64,000 nt of DNA from Azolla caroliniana (Eukaryota > Plantae > Polypodiophyta). The stretch spans positions 19,468,001-19,532,000 of the forward strand of contig JBHGNT010000004.1 of assembly GCA_043228905.1 (NCBI GenBank), in the 5' to 3' direction. Positions within the stretch are counted from its first letter, which is position 1. The number at the start of each line of letters is the position of its first letter. The position numbers were made by a program, and so were the translations under genes. Positions 11,920-23,555 of the stretch are shown piece after piece. The notes under the pieces were generated by a model. It searched no databases, was not told the DNA's origin, and saw only the letters and a program-made list of their open reading frames with translations.

Positions 11920-12311
11920 CCGTGGTGAAATGTACGGGCACAACTCCGACTATGAAGATCGTGGCGGAATGTATGCGGACAACTCCGACTGTGGTGGAAT
12001 GTTCATGATGAAACATAGAGCAAACTCTATGTCGGTCGCTACCTCAACTAGTGCCTCCGGTCCGGAAGACGTATGGTTGGTCGATTCTGTTGCCTCGAAC
12101 CATATGACATCACATCAAGAATGGTTCCGAGAACTTCGAGAGCCGGACCAACCCGGCTATGTCGAAACCAGAGACGACACTATGAACCCGATTCGGCACA
12201 TTGGCAATGTTCCATTCGGAAAAGAAGGTAAGCAAAATTACATTAAAAATGTCTTGCATGTACCGACCATTACGAAGAATTTGGTCCCCGTCAGCCAAAT
12301 TGTAGAGCAAG
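11920..12311 (+). pseudogene. Copia A protease segment
   Basis: WLVDSVASNHMT...KNVLHVPTITKNLVPVSQI. Confidence 0.9.
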
Positions 12312-12722
12312 TGTTAGGAACAGTACTAAGATAGAGAAGGAATTAGTACTAAAAGAAGTATTAGTACTAAGAGAGGTGGAGAACTCTCGAGAGAAGGAAA
12401 GAGTGAGTGAGAGGGAGGGAGGGAGAGAGAGAGATGATAAGAAAATATATATATTATGTGAAGAGAATGTACAGTAGTAGCTAGGAGGCTTAAGACTGGC
12501 GTTGAACCGATTTGGTTCAAAATAATGCCTCGTGCCTCCTTTTATAGTGTTCTAAGGAATACTCCTGAAGTTTCTAGAATGTTCCAGAGAAATCTGGAAT
12601 ATACATCAATTTTCTATAATAAAACATAAATGAAAATAATATTCTACGTATTACAATGTATGGTCTAATGGTCAAGAGCTCGACCCATGTAGCATAAGGT
12701 CATGGGTTCGAGTTTTGCCATA

Positions 12723-15437
12723 TCATGACACTATCCCCCCTTTAAAATGACGAGTGTAATGAGTCGTTCTGGATTGAGGACTCGGTTTGTCTGGATATTG
12801 ATGATGGAAGTCTTCAAGAAGAGCACGAGCATTGGTGACATTCTCTATCGGTTCCCAAGTACGCTCACTGGGACTATATCCTAGCCAATCGACTAGATAG
12901 TAAAGCTTGTTGCGAACAATCTTGGAATCAAGGATGGCGGCAACCTCGTACTCAGGTCCATCTTCAAGCTCGATCGGGGGTGGAGGCTGTGTAATACATC
13001 CTGGGATGGTGCTCTCTTGATAGGGTTCAAGGAGAGAACTATGAAACACCGGATGTATCCAAAGTTGTGGAGGTAGATCGAGACGAAAAATGACATCATT
13101 AATCTTTCCTATGATACGGAAAGGACCTAATCGCCGATAATCCAACTTCTCGATCGAGGGTGGAGGTTGTGTAATACGTCCTGGGATGGTGCTCTCTTGA
13201 TAGGGTTCAAGAAGAGAACTATGAAACACCGGATGTATCCGAAGTTGTGGAGGTAGATCGAGACGAAAAGCGACATCATTAATCTTTCCTATGATACGGA
13301 AAGGACCTAATCGCCGATAATCCAACTTCTCGCATGGGCGAGTAGTCTTGATGTGTCGTCGGAGAAGCCATACCCGATCTCCAATGTTAGAACTCGATGG
13401 GAGTCGATGACGATCCGCATAAAGCTTGTGTGTTTGCTGAGCTTGTTGGAGAAGAGTAGATAAATCCGCTTGTATCTTGCGTAACCGCTCCAAACGATCC
13501 TCCGCGCAAGGATTTGTGGACACCTCTAGGGTTTCAAGTACACACCACCGGGGGTGACATCCCGTATAAGCATAAAATGGCGTAACTTTAGTTGATGCGT
13601 GGATAGAGTTATTATAGGCATATTCGGCGAAGTGGAGAATATCTGCCCAGTCATCCTGATGATAGTTGAGAAAGCACCGCAGGTACTGCTCCAGCGTTTG
13701 ATTTGTTCGTTCGGCTTCGCCGTCGGTTTGTGGGTGGTAGCCAGAGGAGAGGTTACAAGTGATCTTGAGCATTTTAAAAAGGTGCTTCCAGAATTTTGAC
13801 ACGAACTGGGGTCCACGGTCGCTGACGATACTATCGGGAAGTCCATGATGCCGACATACTTCACGCATGACAATTTCGGCGGTGTCTTCACTGGAGATTT
13901 CCTTAGTACATGGCAAAAAATGAGCCATCTTCATATATCGATCTATCACTGTTAGAATCGCATTGAACCCCTTTGAGACTGGAAGATCTGTGATGAAGTC
14001 TAGAACAATGGATTGCCACGGCTTGCTTGGAATTGGTAATGGTTCTAATCAACCATATGGATGATGCCTTGGTGTTTTCGCTCTGCAACATGTGTCACAA
14101 GTCCGAACAAAATCTTCGACAAATTGTCGCATACGGGGCCACCAGAATGATCGTTGTACTAAATCTAATGTTTTAGTACTACCAAAATGCCCAGTTGTAT
14201 ATGTGTCATGACAGTTTTGTACTACTTGAAGGCAGCAAGAACCATTAGGAACATAAAAAAGTTCTTTAAAGAAGAGTAATCCATCATGGTATTTGAATTG
14301 CCGATAGTCCGTACCTGGTAGTTGCGACTGTGAACACGACGCTCGAGAGGGATCAATTTGTGCTAGTATAGCTTGGGCGAAAGCATCTGTCTTCAGGTCC
14401 GCACGTATGATATCGATAACGTGGGAATCCATGGGCATGCCAAAGACCTGTGTTGCTTGTAGTTGTGCTGGTCCCAAGATTACATGCTTTTGGTTATCGA
14501 AAGATGGCTCGCCGGGACGCGGTGCTAGGTATGAACGTCGTGATAATGCATCTGCTTTCCCTTGATGTTTCCCAGGTCAATATGTAATCTTGAAGTCGAA
14601 ACGCGTGAGAAAATGGGCCCACCGAGCTTGACGTCGATTTAACACACGAGCGTCTTGAAAATAGGCGAGGTTTTTGTGGTCACTGAATACAGTGACTTGA
14701 TGAGAAGATCCCTCTAGAAAATGCCTCCATTGCATAAAAGAGTCCACTATAGCCAATAGCTCTTTATCATGAATTCCGTAGTTGATTTCGGCGGCGTCAA
14801 ACTTGCGTGAGTGAAAAGCCACAGGATGTAGCCTTTCATCATTACATCGTTGTGATAGAATGCTTCCCAATGCAAAATCCGATGCGTCCGCTTCGATGAT
14901 GAATGGTTTTTCTGGATCAACGTGAGCTAGAATCGGAGCCTATGTAAATGCCTGTTTAAGATTCTCAAAAGCCATGTCCGCTTCTTCAGACCAAACGAAC
15001 GATTGTCCCTTCCTAGTAAGTTGTGTAAGAGGCAAAACGAGCTTTGAGTAATCCTTTATAAACTTCCGGTAAAAATTGGCAAAGCCTAGAAAGCATTGCA
15101 CATCCCGCACCGAACGCGAAGTCTGCCATTCTACCACCGTTTTGACCTTAGCTGGGTCCATGGAGATGCCTTCTTAGGAAATGACATAGCCGAGAAACTC
15201 CACCTGGTTGCACCCGAAACTACATTTTTCCAGCTTTGCATAGAGACCATGTTCTCGAAGCTGTTTTAGTACTAACAGTACATGAGAATCATGCTCTTCT
15301 TGGGTCTTCGAGTAAACCAGTAGATCATCCAAATAGATGATTAGACACACATCCAAGAGATCTCCAAAAATAGCATTTGCCATGTGCTGGAAGACTGCTG
15401 GTGGATTAGTGAGGCCGAACGGCATGATCGTATATTC
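12723..15437 (-). pseudogene. Chromovirus C pol 3' part: RT (YLDD), RNase H, integrase and chromodomain
   Basis: MPFGLTNPP...[38 protein letters not shown] and EYEVAAILDSK...WLGYSPSERTWEP; several in-frame stops. Confidence 0.92.
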
Positions 15438-16078
15438 TGTTGGGAGACAGGTCCCTCCGGATGGTGCAGGCCCGGTATGAACCGGATGAGGAGAACCCGA
15501 CTGCGGAGAGTCGGATGGTGCAGGCCCGGTATGAACCGGATGAGGAGTACCCGACTGCGGAGAGTCGGATGCTGTAGGCCCGACTGCGGAGAGCCGGATG
15601 AAGCCCATCAAGGTACATTTGTAAATAGCCGAAAAGTCATATTAGTATAAATATGACTTAGGGCAAACTTTTAGCAATGAAGTTGTCATTCTTATTCTTA
15701 TTCTTTTCTTGTTGGTGCAAGAAGAAATCAGAGCGCGTAACTGTATAGAGAGACGGAGAGAGAGAGTGACGAGGTCGTTGCCTCTGTTGTAACCGCCGCC
15801 TGTGGCAAAGATCTGAGAACACGAGGTCGTTGCCTCAGTGATCTCACTGTTGTATATTTCTGCATAGTGACAGTTTGCAGCTTGTGGGCTGCCGTGGTTT
15901 TTCACCTATTTTGGGGTTTTCCACGTATACCTCCTGTGTACCATTCCTCTCCTCTTTTGTGTCACGTTTGATTACCTGTTTTTCTGTGTATGTAAAGAAT
16001 CTCGGTTGTGGCCGAGCGTCGGACATAAGGAACGTCGTGTTCTCAACAAGTGGTATCAGAGCTAAATCGACACAGAAA

Positions 16079-19000
16079 ATGGACGAATCGTTTGGCGGCA
16101 TGTTCAAGCTCACCGGCTCCAACTATTCAGTGTGGAAGTCGAAGATGAGGGACATGCTCGTGGTTAAAGACCTCTGGCTGCCGGTTCAGTTCGGGGACAA
16201 GAGACCGGACAAAATCGACGCCGTGATATGGGAGGTGATGCACATGAAGACAACGGCGTACATACGGTGCTTCATCGACATGAGCCTGTACAACAACTTC
16301 AATGAAGAGAGTAAGGATCATGAGCTCTGGGAGAAGATGGGCACAATGTTCCAGAACAAAAATGCTGTCAATCAGGCGTCGGTATTCCGGAAGCTTGTAA
16401 GACTCCGGTACCAAGATGGCTCCAGCATGGCGGAGCATATGAATGCCTTCCAGGGGCTGATTCACCAGGCAACGTCATTGGAAGTACCTCTTGCCGATGA
16501 GGTCCTAGCGCTACTCCTGCTCGGTTCCCTCCCGGATAGCTGGGAGACGTTAGTTGTTACTTTGGGCAACGCCGGGCCTGAAGGAAAACGGCTATCCCTA
16601 GCAAGAGTAAAATCGAGCTTGCTAGATGAGGAGGCTCGTCGGAAAGACAAAGATACGAGCTCCGACTCCAAAGCGCTCCTTACCGAATCGGAACGCGGAA
16701 GACATAGAAACCGTAGTCCCCAGAACCGGGAGAAGTCGGGGACACGATCAAAGTCAAGGGGGAGGCCTACTTGCTTCTATTGCGGCAAGCCGGAACACTT
16801 CCAAAAGAACTGTCGGCATTTCCGTAAAGACAAGGAAACCGACGGTACCGATTCGAAGCAAACCCCGAACCGGAACGGTACAGACCGGAACGGTAAAGAC
16901 CGGAGGGGGCCGGACCGGAAGGGAACGACGGCAATTGCGGCAAGTGAAGAGGAGTTGATGCTCATCACCGAGGAGAGTGAGATAAACCATGCCGGCGATG
17001 AGATGACCTGGGTGGTAGATTCCGGAGCGTCGTTCCACCTTACCCCGGACCGGAAATGCTTCTCATCCTACTCAGCCGGTGATCACGGCTGTGTCCGGAT
17101 GGGGAATGAAGGAACATGCCGAATTGTCGGCATAGGAGACGTGTGGCTGACAACACCAACCGGATGCAAGTTGCTGTTGAAAGATGTCCGACACGTTCCG
17201 GAAGTACGTCTGAACCTGATATCAGCCGGTCGGCTAGATGATGAAGGCTACACGGGTAGCATCCGGAACGGTGTCATGAAGTTCAGCAAAGGGAGCCTGA
17301 TTGTGGCTCGGGCCCGGAAGGTAAACACAGTGTACCTGATGAATGCCTGGTTATGTCCGGAAGAAGTGAACGTGGCTTCCGACACTGCTGGTGAGCTGTG
17401 GCACAAGAGGCTATGTCACATGAGTGAGAAGGGGATGAAGAGGCTTAGAGACGACAACCTCATTCCAGTGAAGAACGTGCACTGATTGTCTGGCCGGTAA
17501 GCAGAACCGGACCTCCTTCCGACCAAGGCCACCGATGAGACGTAATGCACCACTGGAGTTGGTGCATACGGATGTTTGTCAAGTAGACACGAAGTCACAT
17601 GCCGGAGCGCAGTACTTCGTGACGTTCATAGATGACCACAGCCGGAAGCTGTGGGCCACACCGCTGAAGACGAAGGATCAGGTGTTATCCGTCTTCAAAG
17701 AGCTCCATGCGAGAGTGGAAAGAGAAACCGGCCGGAAGCTGAAGGCGGTTCGAGCAGATAACGGAGGAGAGTACCGGGGGCAGTTCGAGGAGTACTGCTG
17801 CTCGAAGGGAATCCGGCTCGAATTTACCGTGCCGAAGACGCCGGAACTAAACGGACTGGCCGAGAGGATGAACCGGACCATAATGGAGAGGGTCCGGAGT
17901 ATGCTAGCGCATGCAAAACTACCCAAGAAGTTTTGGGCTGAGGCACTGTCGACGGCGACATATGTGATAAACAGATCACCCTCAGTACCCCTAGACGGAG
18001 ACACACCACAGAGAGTATGGACCGGTAAGGAAGTGTCCTACCGGCATCTAAGGGTGTTCGGGTGTCTCGCGTACGTGCATGTAGCAAAGGACCGGAGAGG
18101 AAAGCTAGATCCAAAGACCCGGCCATGCATATTCCTCGGTTACGGTGACGACGAGTTCGGCTACTGAGTGTGGGACTCGATCGACAAGAAGGTATTCCGG
18201 AGTCGAGATATTATCTTCATGGAGGACAAGACGCTCGCCGACTGGGAGTCGGAGAAGAAGATAATGAACTCCGAGTCGACCGGTAAGGATAGACTCTACA
18301 ATGAGCAGACCCAACCGGCAAGAGACCGGTTAGCACTCGAGGAACCAGCCGGTTACGGTGAGGATACCGAACCGGCAAAAGAAGAAGTAGAGGAAGCTGA
18401 GACCGGAACCGGTCAAGATTCCGAATCGGTTTCGGATGAAGAGCAAATGGAGGAACCGATTACCGAAGCCCGAAGACGTAGATATCCTCTCAGAGAGAGA
18501 AGGGCGCCCCGGAGATTTCCGGATGTAGAGCATGTCCTGCTGACCGATGAGGGGGAGCCGGAAAGCTTCGAAGAAGCGAAGGTTGACACCCACAGCCGAA
18601 AATGGTTAAGTGCCATGCAGGATGAGATGGATTCCCTGCATGAGAACCATACGTACGAATTGGTGGAGCTGCCGAAAGGAAAGCGGGCACTCCGAAACAA
18701 GTGGGTATTCAAGTTGAAACCGGGAGATGCCGGCAACCCCCCGAGATACAAAGCCAGGATCGTGGTGAAGGGGTTCCAGCAGAAGAAGGGCGTGGACTTC
18801 GACGAAATATTCGCCCCGGTAGTAAAGATGACCTCCATCCGAACGGTGCTGAGTATAGCAGCAAGCATGGATCTCGAGGTAGAGCAGCTGGACGTGAAGA
18901 CGGCATTCCTTCACGGCGACCTCGAAGAGGAGATCTACATGCAGCAACCGGAAGGATTTGTGGAGAAAGGGAAGGAGCACCTGGTATGCCGGTTGAAGAA

Positions 19001-20126
19001 GTGCCTGTACGGACTGAAGCAGGCTCCCCGGCAATGGTATCGGAAGTTCGACTCCTTCATGACCGATCAAGGGTACCACAAGACGTAGGCCGATCACTGC
19101 GTGTTTGTGAAGAAGTTCGAAGGAGGGGACTTCCTGATACTCCTCCTTTACGTGGATGACATGTTGATCGTCGGACGAGACCAAGGAAAAATACGGATGC
19201 TGAAGAAGGCTCTCAACCGGACCTTCTCAATGAAAGACTTGGGTCCGGCAAGACAGATGTTGGGGATGCACATCATTCGGGACCGGTCAGTGAAGCAACT
19301 ATGGCTGTCACAGGAGAAGTATGTGACAAAGGTGCTTTACCGGTTCAACATGTCAGATGCAAAACCGGTCGGATCGACACTTCCGGCAAAATGCAAGTTG
19401 TCCGGCAAGCAAAGCCCGAAGACAAAAGGAGAGAAGGCAGATATGATGAAGATTCCATATGCCTCTGCCGTCGGGAGCTTGATGTACGCAATGGTTTGTA
19501 CCCGACCTGACATTGGATACGCAGTCGGAGTGGTGAGCCGGTTCATGAGTAATCCCGGCAAGGAGCATTGGAATGCGGTCAAGTGGATACTCCGGTATTT
19601 GAAGGGCACTTCAAATATGTGTCTCCGATTCGGCACCGGAAAACCTCAACTAGACGGTTTCACCGATTCGGACATGTCGACTGATGTGGATACCAGCCGG
19701 TCTACATCCGGGTATGTGATGACATATGCAGGGGGAGCTGTCTCGTGGCAGTCGAGGCTGCAGAAGACGGTTGCATTGTCAACCACAGAGGCGGAGTACA
19801 TGGCGGCTGTGGAAGCCGGCAAGGAAATATTATGGATGAAGGACTTCATCGGGGAGCTCGGTATCCGGCAAGAGGAATACCGACTCTACTGCGACAGTCA
19901 AAGTGCCATCCACCTTGCTAAGAATGCGGCCTACCATTCCCGGACAAAGCATATCCAGCGAAGGTATCACTGGATCCGGGAAAGGGTAGATGACCAGGAG
20001 TTCACATTGGCGAAGATCCACACGGCCGAGAACGAGTCAGATATGCTGACCAAAGTGCTGACACCCGACAAGCTGGACGTATGCCGGAAGAGGATCGGCC
20101 TGGAAAGACATCCCATGCCGGAGTGA
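16079..20126 (+). pseudogene. Copia E gag-pol with three visible lesions
   Basis: CFYCGKPEHFQKNC, WVVDSGAS, VRADNGGEY, LLYVDDML and RTKHIQRRYHWIRE; 14-bp deletion near 17481 (relative to the copy at about 36475) and stops at 18165 and 19086. Confidence 0.93.
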
Positions 20127-20157
20127 AGGGGGAGTTTGTTGGGAGACAGGTCCCTCC

Positions 20158-20405
20158 GGATGGTGCAGGCCCGGTATGAACCGGATGAGGAGAACCCGAC
20201 TGCGGAGAGTCGGATGGTGCAGGCCCGGTATGAACCGGATGAGGAGAACCCGACTGCGGAGAGTCGGATGGTGCAGGCCCGGTATGAACCGAATGAGGAG
20301 AACTCGACTGCGGAGAGTCGGATGGTGCAGGCCCGGTATGAACCGGATGAGGAGTACCCGACTGCGGAGAGTCGGATGCTGTAGGCCCGACTGCGGAGAG
20401 CCGGA
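20158..20405 (+). repeat. 54-bp tandem repeat in U3 of the copia E 3' LTR (4 units plus a partial; the 5' LTR has 2 plus a partial)
   Basis: Unit ggatggtgcaggcccggtatgaaccggatgaggagaacccgactgcggagagtc. Confidence 0.95.
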
Positions 20406-20855
20406 TGAAGCCCATCAAGGTACATTTGTAAATAGCCGAAAAGTCATATTAGTATAAATATGACTTAGGGCAAACTTTTAGCAATGAAGTTGTCATTCTT
20501 ATTCTTATTCTTTTCTTGTTGGTGCAAGAAGAAATCAGAGCGCGTAACTGTATAGAGAGATGGAGAGAGAGAGTGACGAGGTCGTTGCCTCTGTTGTAAC
20601 TGCCGCCTGTGGCGAAGATCTGAGAACACGAGGTCGTTGCCTCAGTGATCTCACTGTTGTATATTTCTGCATAGTGACAGTTTGCAGCTTGTGGGCTGCC
20701 GTGGTTTTTCCCCTATTTTGGGGTTTTCCACGTATACCTCCTATGTACCATTCCTCTCCTCTTTTGTGTCGCGTTTGATTACCTGTTTTTCTGTGTATGT
20801 AAAGAATCTCGGTTGTGGCCGAGCGTCGGACATAAGGAACGTCGTGTTCTCAACA

Positions 20856-21922
20856 TATTCGAAGTGCCCATATCTGGTGCAGAACGCGGTCTTCTATTCA
20901 TCTCCTGGTCGGATCCGTACGAGGTTATACCCTCCCCGTAAGTCGATCTTCGTGAAGAACCTGGCACCATTGATCCGTTCTAAAAGACTTGAGATAAGGG
21001 GGAGTGCATACCTATTTCGGATTGTAACCTTATTCAAGCCACGGTAATCTACAACGAGCCGAAGTGAGCCATCCTTTTTCTTGACGAAGAAAATGGGTGC
21101 GCCGGCTGGAGATTTCGAATGTCGTATGAAACCATTCTCCAAATTCTCCTCTATATAGGCTCGAAGGACTTCCAGTTCGGTTGGTGACAAATTGTAGATC
21201 GGTCCCCAAGGTGGCTCTTTCCCCGGTTGTAAATCGATGGGGCAATCATATGGTCGATGGTGAGGAAGCGTACTGGCTTGTACTTTATCAAACACATCGA
21301 CATACTGATGATACTTCTCTGGAAGTTGAACGGGGGAATCCTCTTTAGTGGTGCTAGAGGGGTTTACTGATATTGCGAAAAGGAACATTTCTTCCTTGTA
21401 TCCTTCCTCACGCAACTGATGTAGTGAAATTGTTGCAATCTCATGAGTAGACCCTCGGGCTTTTCGATGCCGGATTTCTCTTGACTGCCAATCTATGTCT
21501 GGGTTATGTAATTCGAACCATGGTAATCCTAAGACAATGGGGTGTTCTGGGATGCTAATTATATTAAATGATATGACACATGCTAAATTATCTAGGACAA
21601 TATTAACGGGCTCTAACTCTTCTATGATATTTCCTAAGGCAATGGGACGACCATCGACGACTACTACAAGGGCAGGACACGGGAGTTTTCTGAGAGATAT
21701 CTGATGAGCTGGGGCAAATTTCCTATCCATGAAGCAAGAATTAGCTCCGGAATCTAGAAGTGCTAAGACATGTACTGGAGGAGTACTTTTAGTATTAACT
21801 GTTACTTGGGCTACGAACACATTGCTAACTTGCTTAGAGGGAATGGAACCACTAATGGGTTGCACAGATCTAGGGTTGTCCAACCAAACGGCTCCTATTT
21901 TGGCTGGACTTAGTCGTTTAAC
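20856..21922 (-). pseudogene. Chromovirus C pol 5' part: protease and RT N-terminus
   Basis: [41 protein letters not shown] and [13 protein letters not shown]. Confidence 0.92.
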
Positions 21923-23052
21923 TCTTCTTCTAACTGACTAAGGACATCAAATTTGTTCGCTAGATTTGGGCTATTAGTCCTATTAGGACTATCAGATATC
22001 CCTACTGAAATAGACTCGGGTTTAGTACAATCTGAACTGGCAACTATTTGGTTTACCTGCCTTCTTAGCGTATGGGGACAGTTTACCGCGATATGCCTTG
22101 GTCCACCGCAATAAAGACATAGTCGGTTTGCTCGGCGTCGTTGCTTTTCTTCTTCCGATAGCGGTCCACGACGACGTGTGGTGTCAATTTCCATCGGAGT
22201 TGGAGTACTTGCTGGAGGCGCATTATATGACTCCCTCGGAAAAGGTTTCGCTACCACTGAGGCATAGGTACGCTCTGATCTTGCCCTCGGAATCTGCAAT
22301 TGTCATTCCGAACGTCGTTCGAAGAGGCGGTTGTCGCATCTCACTACGCGACTAATTGCTTCTGCTAATGACTTTGGCTCTTCGGGGAAGGTCAAGAGTA
22401 AATCCTTGACATCGTTGCGTAAGCCATAACGGAATTGCTCCATCAATGCGTGATCATCCCAAGGGATATCGGCAGCGAGTAGGCGGAAATCTGCAGCGTA
22501 TTAGGAAGCTGGACGATCACCTTGGCGTAATCGCCGGATTTTATTGATTGCAGTCCTTATGCTGTCAGTATCTCCAAAACAGGCCTTAAACTCACTTATA
22601 AATTCTTCAAAACTATTTAATAATGGAGAATCCTTTTCGAACAATGGAGCAAACCATGCTAACGCTGAGCCACTAAGGAGAGTGCCTACTAGTCCCACTC
22701 GTGATGCATCGGTGGGATATCGAGAAGGATGCATTTGTATCACTAAACGTACCTGATTCAAAAACCCTCTAAACTGTGATCGGGTCCCATCAAATTTTGC
22801 AGGAAGACCGATCTTGGGTTCTTTGTGAATCCGTTGAGTGCTTGATCCTTGTTGTTGTAATGATATGATAGTCGCTTCGAGTTGTTGTACACGTAGTGTC
22901 AGCTCCCCGTGTTGTTGTTGTTTTTCCAACGCTATTTGTTGAAGATCCCCCAACAAGCGATGATTTTCTTGTTCTAGTGCTACAAATTTCTCTTTTAAGC
23001 ACTGGAGCTCCGAGAAAATAGATTGGTATTCCTGAGCGCTAATAGTTTCCAT
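21910..23052 (-). pseudogene. Chromovirus C gag (PEG10/RTL1-like capsid with zinc knuckle), disrupted
   Basis: PAKFDGTRSQFRGFLNQ, PTPMEID and [14 protein letters not shown]; frameshift/stop near 22501 and stop near 22305. Confidence 0.9.
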
Positions 23053-23555
23053 TTTACTAGAGAGGATAAGAGGATTAATAAGAAGATAAAAAGAAAAGGA
23101 GGAAAGGAAGATCGACCAGAAAATAGGTTCACACTGTCAGGAACAGTACTAAGATAGAGAAGGAATTAGTACTAAAAGAAGTATTAGTACTAAGAGAGGT
23201 GGAGAACTCTCGACAGAAGGAAAGAGTGAGTGAGAGGGAGGGAGAGAGAGAGAGAGAGATGATAAGAATATATATATATTATGTGAAGAGAATGTACAGT
23301 AGTAGCTAGGAGGCTTAAGACTGGTGTTGAACCGATTTGGTTCGAAATAATGCCTCGTGCCTCCTTTTATAGTGTTCTAAGGAATAATCCTGAAGTTTCT
23401 AGAATGTTCCAGAGAAATCTGGAATATACATCAATTTTCTATAATAAAACATAAATGAAAATAATATTCTACGTATTACAATGTATGGTCTAATGGTCAA
23501 GAGCTCGACCCATGTAGCATAAGGTCATGGGTTCAAGTCTTGCCATATGATGACA

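Larger units (their letters stand above)
15438..20855 (+). mobile_element. Ty1/copia retrotransposon E (Tnt1/Tork-like), full length
   Basis: LTRs at 15438-16048 and 20137-20855, TSD TATTC (15433-15437 and 20856-20860), PBS TGGTATCAGAGC at 16051-16062, PPT GAAGGGGGAG. Confidence 0.97.
12312..23555 (-). mobile_element. Ty3/gypsy chromovirus C (Tcn1-like), interrupted by copia E
   Basis: LTRs at 12312-12730 and 23135-23555, TSD GCAAG (12307-12311 and 23556-23560), PPT at 12731-12742, gag-PR-RT-RH-IN-chromodomain on the minus strand. Confidence 0.95.

Noticed and set aside
12655-12725. Functional tRNA-Met gene in the chromovirus LTR
   Set aside because: A and B boxes are present, but the acceptor, D and anticodon stems do not pair; reported only as a Pol III promoter-like element
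15458-15600. Regular 54-bp repeats resembling a CRISPR array
   Set aside because: Head-to-tail units with no unique spacers, inside an LTR, with no cas genes and in a eukaryotic context
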